The notes under the pieces: model-generated
The model's database searches: none
What the model was told of the DNA's origin: nothing
The model's input: only the letters and a program-made list of their open reading frames with translations
Shown: in pieces, positions 47,957 to 57,762 of the stretch
Layout of the letters: every line of letters begins with the position of its first letter
Numbering within the stretch: the stretch's first letter is position 1
Assembly (NCBI GenBank): GCA_016180645.1
Contig: JACPAV010000028.1
Coordinates: 1 to 64,000 of the forward strand
From: Nitrospirota bacterium
GTDB taxonomy: Bacteria > JACPQY01
Length of the DNA stretch: 64,000 nt
Direction of reading: 5' to 3'
Made by a program: the position numbers and the translations under genes

Positions 47957-48022
47957 GACGCGGGCTGAAGCCCGCGGCTACCAAGGATTCCTTTCCGAGG
48001 TAGGCGCAGGCTTCAGCCTGCG
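47957..48022. repeat. GTAG-type REP doublet (right), inverted copy of 45367-45433
   Basis: GACGCGGGCTGAAGCCCGCGGCTACC-16 nt-GGTAGGCGCAGGCTTCAGCCTGCG. Confidence 0.85.
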
Positions 48023-48042
48023 GTGGCTGGGCTGAGGAGGAC

Positions 48043-49179
48043 TCAGAACGAGCGGGATTCGCCGTGGTAGGGGAGCCAGAAAAGATTGTCGGGGAGCCCC
48101 TTCTCAGCCAACGCGGCCTTGGCCTTGATGGGCGGCTCGTCTTGAGGTTCGTCCGTCAGCCGAAATGTGTTGAAGTGCATGCCCATGCAATGGGCCGCGC
48201 CGAGATCGACGCAGGCTTGAACGGCCTCCGCCGGATCGATGTGGACGGGACTCATGAACCACCGCGGTTCATAGGCCCCAATGGGGAGCGCAGCGAGGCG
48301 AACCGGCGTGAACCGGCGTCCGATTTCCGAGAAGAACTTTGTGTAGCCCGTATCGCCCGCAACAAAGACGCTGCCGTCCGGGCCTTTCAGAATCCAGCCG
48401 GACCAGAGCGTCCGGTCAAGATCCGTGGGTGATCGCCCGGAGAAGTGTTTCACCGGCACGCTGAAGATGGACAACGGACCCAGCGAACGCGATTGCCACC
48501 AATCGAGTTCGGTCACCGGCGCGATGTGCTTCTTTTGGAACCAAGCGCCCACCCGGAGCGGAACGAAGAACTGCGGATGATGCTCGATGGAGAGCCGTTT
48601 GATCGTCGCTGCGTCCATGTGGTCGTAGTGGTTGTGGCTGATGACGACGGCGTGAATCCGCGGCAGATCCTCGAACCGGATGCCCGGCTCGGCGTGTCGC
48701 TTCGGCCCCGTCCACTTGACCGGACTCGCCCGCTCGGACCAGATCGGGTCGGTCAGGATGTTGATCCCCTGCCACTGGATCAGGAATGTCGAGTGACCCA
48801 CCCACGTGGCGCGGATCTCATTTCCATCGACTGCCTTCGGGGGGACGGTGCGGGTGACGGGAACGTCGACCCATTTCGGCGGTTTTCGGGTGAATCCCCA
48901 TCGCAGGACCGCGAGTGTGCGGCTCTTGCCCCGGCCGCCTTCGGGATTGAAAAAACGTTTGCCGTTGAAATGATCGGTGAGGGCGGGAGACTTTCCCCAT
49001 GATACGGAGGCACCGGCGAGAATCGAGGCCAGGACCACCCCCCCCACCCACGCCCTCTTGCCGAGGACGGCTTGGGGCCATGCGATGTCGCCGCGCCAAG
49101 GAAGGCGCGGCATGTACCATGGCCTCCCCCGCCAGGGGGGAGGGGAATTATTCGATTCCCTCTTTGCCGATTCGCTCAT
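48043..49179 (-). CDS. MBL-fold hydrolase (NAPE-PLD/RomA-like)
   Basis: WVGHST, ISHNHYDHMD, AGDTGY, LPIGAYEPRW. Confidence 0.92.
   Translation of the reverse strand: MSESAKRESNNSPPPWRGRPWYMPRLPWRGDIAWPQAVLGKRAWVGGVVLASILAGASVSWGKSPALTDHFNGKRFFNPEGGRGKSRTLAVLRWGFTRKPPKWVDVPVTRTVPPKAVDGNEIRATWVGHSTFLIQWQGINILTDPIWSERASPVKWTGPKRHAEPGIRFEDLPRIHAVVISHNHYDHMDAATIKRLSIEHHPQFFVPLRVGAWFQKKHIAPVTELDWWQSRSLGPLSIFSVPVKHFSGRSPTDLDRTLWSGWILKGPDGSVFVAGDTGYTKFFSEIGRRFTPVRLAALPIGAYEPRWFMSPVHIDPAEAVQACVDLGAAHCMGMHFNTFRLTDEPQDEPPIKAKAALAEKGLPDNLFWLPYHGESRSF
49036..49146. repeat. Compound palindromic element inside the MBL gene N-terminus
   Basis: Inverted copy of 30941-31046. Confidence 0.85.
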
Positions 49180-50243
49180 GGGTACTGCTGGTCCACGCTT
49201 TGGAGGAGACCTCGGAGGAGGGCGACGTTGGGTTCGGATTTGGGTTGGCCGGCTGCGGCGAGGTTCCAGTTGAACCAGTTGCCGCGATCGGGTTTTCCCA
49301 AAACGCCTTCGAGAGAGAAAAAGTGGAGGCGATCTACGGGGATTCCCGCGGCAAAAGCGGCCAGAACGTCCGCCTCCATCTCAGCGGGCGATTCGAAACC
49401 TGCGGCACCGCTGAACACGTCCGGGCTTGCGAGGAAAAGCCCGAGGTCCAGCGCGGCTTTGTCCCCGAACTGGGTCCGAGCCGTCCGGGCGTAACTGTAG
49501 ACCAGCGCGGGGCCGAGCTTGAGTCCGTACAAGTTCGAGAACATCGTCGTGTAGACTTGGAAGGAGTACTCGTCCCAATCGATCCCTTCGACCGGTGATT
49601 CCAGGGCGCGTTGGATGGACGGGTCACCGTCCCCAAAATCATCGAGGATGAAGGGGATGGTGGTCATGAACACCTTGAAGCCCCGCGCGTGGGCGTTGTC
49701 GACCATGTTCTTGAAATCGGTCTTGCCCGGCTCGAAATCGGGATCGAGGACTTTGGCCTCATAGAACTTGAGGAGTCCGTCCAGGACGTTCGATCCCGGT
49801 TGGGAGAGTGCCGCGAGAAGCTCCCGACCACGTGCAAGCGAGGGTTCGAGATCGACATAGAGCGTATCGACGGGGAGCTTCCTGGATTCGACGAAATCCA
49901 TCAGTTCATAGAAGAAAGGGATGAAGAGGCCGCGCGTTCCGACGCTGGGCCATCGACCGTCTTCTTCCTTCAGCTCCGGCCAGAGTCGGACAACCACGTC
50001 TTGGCGATGCGCGGATTTCACGAGCGATTCCAGCCGCCTGAAATCGGTTGCCCCCAGCGTTACGCTTCGATTCAACGCCAGCCCATGTTCGGCCATGAAC
50101 GGGAGAACCGACTCGACCTCTTCCTCGGTCTCAAACTCGCTCCAGACGGCGGCGCCGGAGGAGACCGCGGGGATCCGGCCCGAGTTTCCACCGCACGAGA
50201 AAAGAAGAATGGCGGTCATCAGCGCGCATTGAAGGGGGGTCAT
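49176..50243 (-). CDS. Hypothetical lipoprotein (possible TIM-barrel)
   Basis: Lipobox LFSC; long ORF within the operon; YVDLEP. Confidence 0.65.
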   Translation of the reverse strand: MTPLQCALMTAILLFSCGGNSGRIPAVSSGAAVWSEFETEEEVESVLPFMAEHGLALNRSVTLGATDFRRLESLVKSAHRQDVVVRLWPELKEEDGRWPSVGTRGLFIPFFYELMDFVESRKLPVDTLYVDLEPSLARGRELLAALSQPGSNVLDGLLKFYEAKVLDPDFEPGKTDFKNMVDNAHARGFKVFMTTIPFILDDFGDGDPSIQRALESPVEGIDWDEYSFQVYTTMFSNLYGLKLGPALVYSYARTARTQFGDKAALDLGLFLASPDVFSGAAGFESPAEMEADVLAAFAAGIPVDRLHFFSLEGVLGKPDRGNWFNWNLAAAGQPKSEPNVALLRGLLQSVDQQYP

Positions 50244-50244
50244 G

Positions 50245-51303
50245 CTACGGATCAATTCGGGTGCTGAGATAACGCAGGAGAGCTTGGGATGCAATTTCAT
50301 GGGCGAGACCATTCGGGTGGTGATCGGTCTCGTGGACCCAGAGATCACGGTCCCTGTGCCGAGCGAGATCAGGAAGGAGATTTATGGCGGGGATTTTCTC
50401 GGCAGCCAGGAAAGTGTTGAGTCGTCCGACAAGATTGGCGTAGGGATAATCTTCCAGACGAACCAATTCGGGGAAGACGAGGACGGCAAACTCCTGTTGT
50501 CGGGACCGGACGAGGTTGCTCAGGAGCAGGACCTTCGTGAAATTGGTGCCTCCCCGGGCCAATTCGTCTTCCGTCAAGCTCACGACATTCGATGACACGG
50601 ATCGCAGCCGGACTTGGCGCCAAGCGAAGGAGGCCGCCATGCTCCAGGCCAGAATCGCCGGCGGCCTGAAGCTGTCGCGGTACTGGATGCCGATGAGGCG
50701 CTGATGATCTTGGGCGAGCTTGGAGGAAGGGAAATCGTTCGTGTTCCATTGAAGGACGACGAGATCCGGATCGAGTCGGGATGCGGCCCGGTGGTAGAGC
50801 GCGATCATGCCGTCCGTATCTTCGCCGGAAACGGCCATGTTCAGCACCTGGATGTTCTTACCCCGAATGGCCTTGCCTTCCAGTGCCGAGGCGAGTCTCC
50901 TCGCGAAAATGCGCTCGAAGGGCACGCCTTCTCCGACGGTGAACGAATCGCCGAGGAGAACGATCCTGAAAACATCCAGCGGCTTGTTGGCGTCGTATTC
51001 CACGTCCCGGTAACCGGCGGAATTGATCCGGTAGGGCACGCAGTTCTCAGCGTCGAATTCGCCATTAGGGTTGCTGTCGTAGCAGTGTTTGAAACTTGTA
51101 CGTGGAGGGAACTTGTACAGCCCATCCTCGATGGTCAATTCCCCCACGCAGCACCAGTCAGCGGTCTTGCCGTCCTGTCCGACAACGATCCGCGGCCGGT
51201 GGGAAACCGCGCTTCCAAGAATCCGGAACGCGATTTCCACGATCCCGAGGGTGACGAGCAGGGAGCCTCCTGCGAGTGCGGGAAGCTTTGCGCGGAAAGC
51301 CAA
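50245..51303 (-). CDS. SGNH/GDSL hydrolase
   Basis: LLGDSFT, NTND, DHHPN. Confidence 0.85.
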   Translation of the reverse strand: MAFRAKLPALAGGSLLVTLGIVEIAFRILGSAVSHRPRIVVGQDGKTADWCCVGELTIEDGLYKFPPRTSFKHCYDSNPNGEFDAENCVPYRINSAGYRDVEYDANKPLDVFRIVLLGDSFTVGEGVPFERIFARRLASALEGKAIRGKNIQVLNMAVSGEDTDGMIALYHRAASRLDPDLVVLQWNTNDFPSSKLAQDHQRLIGIQYRDSFRPPAILAWSMAASFAWRQVRLRSVSSNVVSLTEDELARGGTNFTKVLLLSNLVRSRQQEFAVLVFPELVRLEDYPYANLVGRLNTFLAAEKIPAINLLPDLARHRDRDLWVHETDHHPNGLAHEIASQALLRYLSTRIDP

Positions 51304-51321
51304 TTCAGCGGTGGGAGAAGG

Positions 51322-52716
51322 CTATTTCTTGACGCTCAGCACCGAGTGGTCGACCATGTCGTCGTACCCCCAGATGCCCATCTCGGCGCCGATGCCGCTT
51401 TCCTTGATTCCGCCGTAAAGCACGTCCGGCTCGAGCCAGAGGTGATTGTTCACCCAAACCGTGCCCGCTTGGAGACGCGAGGCCACTTCCTCCGCCCGCT
51501 CTCGGTTGGCCGACCAGACCGATCCGCCCAATCCGAAATGGCTTGAGTTGGCGCGCTCGACGGCCTCCTCGACGTCGCGATATCTTAGAATAGGAAGCGC
51601 CGGTCCGAATTGTTCTTCGGCAACGAGCGGCGCGGAGTCGTCCAGGCCCGTGACAATCGTGGGGAGAAAGAAATAACCTTTGTCCGCACCACGCTCCCCA
51701 CCGGCCTCGATTTTCCCGCCCCGCTTTCGGGAGTCCGCGACAAGTTCCGACACGCGTTGCAACTGGGGCTCGTTGTTCACCGGGCCCATCTGGTTGTCCG
51801 GATTCAGCCCGTCGCCGACCTTGGCGGCCTTCGCCATTTCGGTGAGTTTGACCACCAGCCGTTCGTAGATGCTCTCATGCGCGTACACGCGCTTAATCGC
51901 AATGCAGATCTGGCCTGCGTTCATGAAGGCATTCCGGTAGATGTATTTCGCGGCCTTCTCTACATTGAAATCGTCCAGCAGAATGGCCGCGTCGTTCCCG
52001 CCGAGCTCGAGCGTGTAACGCTTGAGCGTATCGGCGCCGTCTTTCACGACGGTTTTCCCGACCTCCGTGCTCCCCGTGAATGAAACTTTCCGGATGTCCG
52101 GATGCTTCACGATGGCCGATCCAATGGAGCCAGGGCCGCTGATGCCGTTCACCACGCCGGGAGGGAGCGCTTGCGAGAGGATCTGAATCAATCGGAGCGT
52201 GGAAAGCGGTGTGTAGGAGGCGGGCTTGGAAACGACGGTGTTCCCCGCGAGAAGGGCGGGCGCGAGTTTCCAGCAGAGAATGGCGAACGGGAAGTTCCAC
52301 GGCGTGATCGTGGCGACGACGCCCATCGGCTTCCGCTGTAGGACGACTTTTTCCGAACCGTCGTCTTTCAGCACGGTATTCTCGACCGCAAGGTTCGCGT
52401 AATAGCTGAAGAACATCGAGCCGAAGAAGACTTCTCCGCTCGCTTCGAGGAGGGGCTTGCCCTGTTCTTTGGTCAGGAGCTGGGCGAGATCCTGCATGTT
52501 CTCCTGAATGAGTTCGGAACACCGTTGAAGGGCTTTCCGACGGGCCGCTTGGTCCTTGCTCCAGTTTTTGAACGCCTTTTTCGCGGCCTCCACGGCCTGA
52601 TTCACCTGGTCGGGTGTGGCCTTGGGCACTGAATCCACCACCTCAAGCGTCGCCGGATTGCGCACCGGGAATGTTTCCCGCGCGCCGGTACTCTTTCCAT
52701 CGATCATCATTTCCAT
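51322..52716 (-). CDS. Aldehyde dehydrogenase
   Basis: TPWNFP, FTGSTEVG, LELGGND, GQICIA, EEQFGP. Confidence 0.95.
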   Translation of the reverse strand: MEMMIDGKSTGARETFPVRNPATLEVVDSVPKATPDQVNQAVEAAKKAFKNWSKDQAARRKALQRCSELIQENMQDLAQLLTKEQGKPLLEASGEVFFGSMFFSYYANLAVENTVLKDDGSEKVVLQRKPMGVVATITPWNFPFAILCWKLAPALLAGNTVVSKPASYTPLSTLRLIQILSQALPPGVVNGISGPGSIGSAIVKHPDIRKVSFTGSTEVGKTVVKDGADTLKRYTLELGGNDAAILLDDFNVEKAAKYIYRNAFMNAGQICIAIKRVYAHESIYERLVVKLTEMAKAAKVGDGLNPDNQMGPVNNEPQLQRVSELVADSRKRGGKIEAGGERGADKGYFFLPTIVTGLDDSAPLVAEEQFGPALPILRYRDVEEAVERANSSHFGLGGSVWSANRERAEEVASRLQAGTVWVNNHLWLEPDVLYGGIKESGIGAEMGIWGYDDMVDHSVLSVKK

Positions 52717-52861
52717 GCAATGCCTCCAATCATGGGTTGGACAGGCGCTGAAGCTACCACGCCCACCCGGAGGTCTCAATCCATCCGCCCGGTGGCGGGT
52801 TGCACGGCTCTTGGCGCTGTTTGCCGGAGGGTGTAGTGTTGGAGCTGATGAAGGAGGCCAC

Positions 52862-53254
52862 ATGTTGACGCAAGCGGAAGTGAAGACCTTTTCGGACAAA
52901 TTTCTGGGGGCGTGGAACGAGCAAGACGTGGCAAAGGTCGTCGATTGTTACACCCCGGACACGGTTTACCGGGATCCGAATACGCGAGGCGAAGTGAAGG
53001 GGAGCGATGGAATGCGGCGGTATCTGACGAAGCTTTTCGCAAGCTGGCAGATGCATTGGTCGCTTCGCGAGGCTTTTCCGCTCGACAAGCTGAACGGCGT
53101 GGCGGTGTTGTGGCATGCAAAGATCGGCAAGCCGAACGGCGGACCCTCCGTGGAGGTGGACGGGATGGATCTCGTCGTCATCGAGAACGACAAGATCAAG
53201 CGAAACGAAGTCTACTTCGACCGGGCCGTGCTCGCGCCGTTGCTCGGTATGTAG
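52862..53254 (+). CDS. SnoaL/NTF2-like protein
   Basis: RBS AAGGAGG; FLGAWN...YTPDTVYRDP...KIKRNEVYFD. Confidence 0.85.
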   Translation: MLTQAEVKTFSDKFLGAWNEQDVAKVVDCYTPDTVYRDPNTRGEVKGSDGMRRYLTKLFASWQMHWSLREAFPLDKLNGVAVLWHAKIGKPNGGPSVEVDGMDLVVIENDKIKRNEVYFDRAVLAPLLGM

Positions 53255-53280
53255 CGGGTTTTGTCCCGGCCGGCGATCGC

Positions 53281-54234
53281 TCAGTCAGGTGGTCTGCGGC
53301 CGTTCTTCTGTCCCCGGATCAAGCCGTGGGACTGAAAGAACTTCTCGACGCGCAGGTTGATCCAGTCGGGGAATTCGATGGGAACGTAGTGCGTTCCATT
53401 CGGAATGACCATCAGCTCGGAGCCGGAGATCGCCTTGTGCATCTTGATCGCTCGACTCGCGGGCGTCATGTTGTCGTGGTCGCCGAAAGCGATGAGCACC
53501 GGGACTTTCACGTCCGGGAGCACGTCGCCGGCGTCATGTTCCCCGAGAAGATTCAGCGTTCGGTAGTAGACTTCAAAATCCATGTTGATGAATTCTGCGG
53601 CCACGGAACGGAAGATTTCTTCGGCACAGGTCTTGCCGACAATGCCGAGGAGTTTCATCCCGTCGAAGGCCCAATCCTGCTTCAGGAGCCAGTCCATCGC
53701 CTTCTTCTGCGGGCCGCCCATCCGTTCGAGAAGGGTGATGAATCGGGGGAGCGTGGCGCGAAGGCGGACGTTCTGGACGAAAGAGTCGAAAGGCTTTCCG
53801 TCCACCCCGGAGAAGGCCACGATGGCATTGAACCGATCCGCGTGCTCACGGTAGTACTCGAAGCAGACTTGGACGCCCATGCTCCACCCGGCGAAGATGG
53901 CGCGAGGGATGTTCTCCTTTTCCATGAGGATCTCCAGGTCGCGGCACTGATTGGGCACGGAGAGGGTGGACAAATCCTTCGGGCGCTGGGAGGTGTACAG
54001 CCCCCGGTAGTCCCAAATGTAAATGCGGAAGCGGTCGCCGAAGTAATCGATGAAGAATTTCCATGGGACCCAATTGCCGCCGAGGCCGTTGGCCACAACC
54101 AGGGGGATTTTCCCCCGGCCCGTGACGTGGTACCCGATGCGGGTGCCGTCGTAGCTGCTGAAGGATCGGGACTCGATCGGGTATTTCACCTCGATCGGGG
54201 CGACGATGGGCGGCTCGCTATGGGTTTTCATCAT
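53281..54234 (-). CDS. Alpha/beta hydrolase
   Basis: ANGLGG, WDYRG, GWSMG, GDHDNMTP, GTHY. Confidence 0.9.
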   Translation of the reverse strand: MMKTHSEPPIVAPIEVKYPIESRSFSSYDGTRIGYHVTGRGKIPLVVANGLGGNWVPWKFFIDYFGDRFRIYIWDYRGLYTSQRPKDLSTLSVPNQCRDLEILMEKENIPRAIFAGWSMGVQVCFEYYREHADRFNAIVAFSGVDGKPFDSFVQNVRLRATLPRFITLLERMGGPQKKAMDWLLKQDWAFDGMKLLGIVGKTCAEEIFRSVAAEFINMDFEVYYRTLNLLGEHDAGDVLPDVKVPVLIAFGDHDNMTPASRAIKMHKAISGSELMVIPNGTHYVPIEFPDWINLRVEKFFQSHGLIRGQKNGRRPPD

Positions 54235-57200
54235 GGAACGCGCAAGTGTTGCTCTCCAGACACGAATCGTCAAGCAGTTCCCGGCCGTCCGTGCTGACGA
54301 AGCGGGCCATCTGTTGGACGATGTAGTTGTCGAGGTTGAAATCTTTATTCGGGTCGGACGGCAGAAAGCAGTGCTGGCCGTGATCGCTGAGGTAGGGGAG
54401 GCGGAACCCGGAGACGCCGGAGGCTCCCGGCTGAACGTCGCCTACATTTACTTTGACGCGAAGGGGCGCGAGTCCCTCCGTGCGGAGGTCGGGGGCGTCG
54501 AGGTCCGCGTCCTTCCGGCCCGTTTCCTGAGCATCCCATCGGTCGGCTCCTTCATCGAGGTCGTCCAGGTCGAATAGAATCTTTCGCGCATCATTCCAGG
54601 GCGGGCCGGCGAAGCGCCGGAGCCGCTCAACTCCCTCCGCGGCGAAATGCTCGACGATGAGGTCGTTTTCGACGCGGTCGGCCTTTCCGCTATAGGCGAA
54701 CGTGCGGCGGGGAGTGGGGTAACCGATGTCGATGATGCCTGCCGAGCGGGCGATATGGATGCCGGTGTTGACGGGGACGGCGGTGTCGCCATCGGTGGCG
54801 ACAACGAGAATGCGCTGAATCGGGTCCGTGACCTCGCGGTCATACGAGAAATCCAGCGGGTCCTTGAAGTAATGGGGCGCGGAGCCGCCCGGGTCGCCCG
54901 AGTCGAGGATGACTTGTGAGATGGCGGAGAAGCGCCGGATGCGGGGCGAGTTGCGCTTCATGCCCAATCCCTCCGTGATCGCGGCGATCCGGCTGCGGGC
55001 CATGTACCGCGCGCCTTGGAAGAGAAACGTGTTCGTTGTCATGTTGATCGGTTCGAAGTCCGCGCAGGGTTCCGAATCGTTCCAAGTCTCGTCTGCATCC
55101 GAGGTGCGGCAGAGCCGGATTTCGAGGGGGTCACCGAACAGGAGCGGTTCGTCGTCATTCAGATCCGGCACCGTGTCGGGCGGCTTGCCTTTTCCGAGAT
55201 CGCCGAGGAGGTGGCGTTTTTCCGTGGCGTCGAGCGCGTCCGCGGCCGCGGCCAGCCTGAACCGTCCGCCCCCGCTCACGACGGCGCGATCCCACTCGCC
55301 GTTCCTGAGATTGTGGAGTTCGATGCGTTGGCCCGCCTTGATCTTGTCAGTTCTCAGAAAGACCGGTTGTACGCGACGGTTCACATCCGTGAGAACAAAC
55401 TTGACCTCGATCGTGGAAGGGTCCGCCGGGTCGGGTGTGCCCGAGATGATGGGACCGAATAGCGGCAGGTATACGGCTTCGACGACGCCGTCCTGCGTCG
55501 TTCGTGCTGCCACGTCCGTCAGGCCCGCCGCCCCCGAACTTGCAATCCCCGCGACGAACGCAGGTTCGAGGCCGAGCGTGTAGGCCGTCATGATCCCGCC
55601 GTTCGAGCAGCCGTCCATATAGTATTTCGCGCCGTCCGCCAGCGGTCCGCCGAAATCCACGACGCCGTCGCGGTTGAAATCGCCCGCGAGTGTTTCTTTC
55701 GTTCCATCGCCGTCCATGTCCATCATTGCCTTGCCGTCCCAGCTCCGGAACATTCGAATGAGTTGGAAGAAATCCACGCCCGTCTGCCTGACGGTGTCGC
55801 GTGTATGGAAAAGATCCACGCCCCAGAAATCGCCGCCCGAATCGGCGATGCCGTCGTTGTTGAGGTCCCGCGCGCGGCCCTTGAAGAACACGCCGTCCAG
55901 CAGGGGCAGCCAATCTTTGGGGATGACGTTTCGAACGAGGGCCTCCTCATCTTTGGACGGTTTGAAAAGGCCGTGAGCCACGGAATCGACGCCGCAGTAC
56001 GCAATGCCAAAACGGTTCATCACGCCGGCGAAGCCGATGCCCTCTATTCGATGAAGCGTGTAACCGTGGGAATGCAGGCCGAGAGGGATCGGCCCCGTCT
56101 GACCCGGTCTGCGCTTGGGAACGGCGCACACGAAGGTAATGAGATTGTGCCCCACCGTGGCGCGGCCGGTCCGAAGATCGATGTCGAAGGATTCATCGTT
56201 GTCCGCCGGATAGAGGGGGTTGACGTTCGGATCCGGCGACGGCTCGCCGATGCCGTCTTTGTCCGTGAGAAAATAGGGCGTGTCCACGAAACCGGCGACG
56301 AGGTAGTCGGTGTACTTGAGACTTTTCCGGACTTCTTCCACGAACGGCGCTCCGGTGCCGATGAGCTGGCCGACGAGTTCCTTTCCGTAGTTTTCCACGA
56401 GGTTGTCCAGCTCCGCGGCCGGCAGGAGGTAGGGATTTTCGCGGCCGGCGCTGTCCGCGTAGATCCGTTCGACGTGGATGTCGGGCGGGTATTGGTCCTG
56501 GATCCAGGCGAAGGGCCCTTTGCCGTACATCCCCTTTCGGATCGCTTCCATCTCGCGGGTGACGGCTTGGGTGGTGAACGTCCAGGCGAAGGCGACGTCG
56601 CTCATCGCCATGCCGGGCAACTTTCCGTCCCTGATGAAGTCGGCGAGGGGTTGCAGGTCGTCCGTCTGCGTGGCGGCATTGACGAAGGGGAAGGGCGACT
56701 CGATGGGCTTGCTGTCTTCGCCCGTGATTCCGGTGGTCAGCACCACGGCGTAGGTCGTTTCCTGTTCCAGGGGAATGAGCGGTCGGACGATCAGTGTGTT
56801 CGTTTCGCGCTCATAGAACGTCATGAGGCATTCTTCCGGCCGGCACTTGGGGACGCAAGCGCCCGACTCGGACTCATAGGAGACGACGGTGCAGCCTTCC
56901 TTGAATATTTGGTCGACGGGAGCGGCAGGTCGCCCTGTGGGACTGCATTGGGGGATGACGGAATCGCGGATCATGTTGGGTTTGTCCAGCACTCCGTCGA
57001 AATCGGTGTCTTCGCCGGCATCCAGCGAGCCGTTGCAATTCACGTCCTCGTCCACGGTTTCAAAAAAAAGATTGTTCGATGTTCTGTGCGGATCGTTTTC
57101 GAAGAGACCGAACGGCGCCTCGCCGCCGCCGGCGCCGCGGTCGCTGTCGATCACGTTCGGGAAATTTCCTTGGCCGACATCCAGGGGGACCGGCTGGCCG

Positions 57201-57652
57201 AACGAACTTGATTTCGGATCCACGTTGACGAGGTAAACCAAATCATCCGAGAAATCGCGATTGGGCGGCCAGTGGGCGAGCACAAAAGGCGCGAGGTCGA
57301 GCGGCCGATCGAATTGTACGTAGATCGGGCCGAGGATGCTGAAGCCTGTAAGCTCGGCGGCCTGGCGGCGAACGCGACGCTCGATCTGAGTCGGGGCGAG
57401 GAGGGAGAGGGTGACGCGCCGGCCGGTGGGCGAACTTGGATCGATTCTTGTCGCGATGTTGTTGGGAACCGGGATTTCCGGGAGGGGTTTCTTGAACAGA
57501 TCCCACACGACCTTCGGCCCGCCGGTATGCACGGTGGCCGTGATCCCTCTTGGACCGTCGCCCGCGCATTGAAACAGCATCAACGCGAGGGCCAATAGGA
57601 TCGTTCCCCACGAGCCACGAGCGACGAGCCACGAGTCACGTCTTGTCAGCAT
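54218..57652 (-). CDS. Large lipase-like alpha/beta-hydrolase lipoprotein
   Basis: Lipobox LFQC, HGYT, GCSNGG, GDFNRDG; paralog of 38543-41800. Confidence 0.8.
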   Translation of the reverse strand: MLTRRDSWLVARGSWGTILLALALMLFQCAGDGPRGITATVHTGGPKVVWDLFKKPLPEIPVPNNIATRIDPSSPTGRRVTLSLLAPTQIERRVRRQAAELTGFSILGPIYVQFDRPLDLAPFVLAHWPPNRDFSDDLVYLVNVDPKSSSFGQPVPLDVGQGNFPNVIDSDRGAGGGEAPFGLFENDPHRTSNNLFFETVDEDVNCNGSLDAGEDTDFDGVLDKPNMIRDSVIPQCSPTGRPAAPVDQIFKEGCTVVSYESESGACVPKCRPEECLMTFYERETNTLIVRPLIPLEQETTYAVVLTTGITGEDSKPIESPFPFVNAATQTDDLQPLADFIRDGKLPGMAMSDVAFAWTFTTQAVTREMEAIRKGMYGKGPFAWIQDQYPPDIHVERIYADSAGRENPYLLPAAELDNLVENYGKELVGQLIGTGAPFVEEVRKSLKYTDYLVAGFVDTPYFLTDKDGIGEPSPDPNVNPLYPADNDESFDIDLRTGRATVGHNLITFVCAVPKRRPGQTGPIPLGLHSHGYTLHRIEGIGFAGVMNRFGIAYCGVDSVAHGLFKPSKDEEALVRNVIPKDWLPLLDGVFFKGRARDLNNDGIADSGGDFWGVDLFHTRDTVRQTGVDFFQLIRMFRSWDGKAMMDMDGDGTKETLAGDFNRDGVVDFGGPLADGAKYYMDGCSNGGIMTAYTLGLEPAFVAGIASSGAAGLTDVAARTTQDGVVEAVYLPLFGPIISGTPDPADPSTIEVKFVLTDVNRRVQPVFLRTDKIKAGQRIELHNLRNGEWDRAVVSGGGRFRLAAAADALDATEKRHLLGDLGKGKPPDTVPDLNDDEPLLFGDPLEIRLCRTSDADETWNDSEPCADFEPINMTTNTFLFQGARYMARSRIAAITEGLGMKRNSPRIRRFSAISQVILDSGDPGGSAPHYFKDPLDFSYDREVTDPIQRILVVATDGDTAVPVNTGIHIARSAGIIDIGYPTPRRTFAYSGKADRVENDLIVEHFAAEGVERLRRFAGPPWNDARKILFDLDDLDEGADRWDAQETGRKDADLDAPDLRTEGLAPLRVKVNVGDVQPGASGVSGFRLPYLSDHGQHCFLPSDPNKDFNLDNYIVQQMARFVSTDGRELLDDSCLESNTCAFHDENP

Positions 57653-57762
57653 GACCCGCCATTCTATACATCCGGAATCCTCCTGGCGAGGCGAATCGGG
57701 CGGGATGCGTGGGCGTCAGGCTCCGTTTGAAAACGGTTCACATGCCCCGTGCCGGGAGGCCG

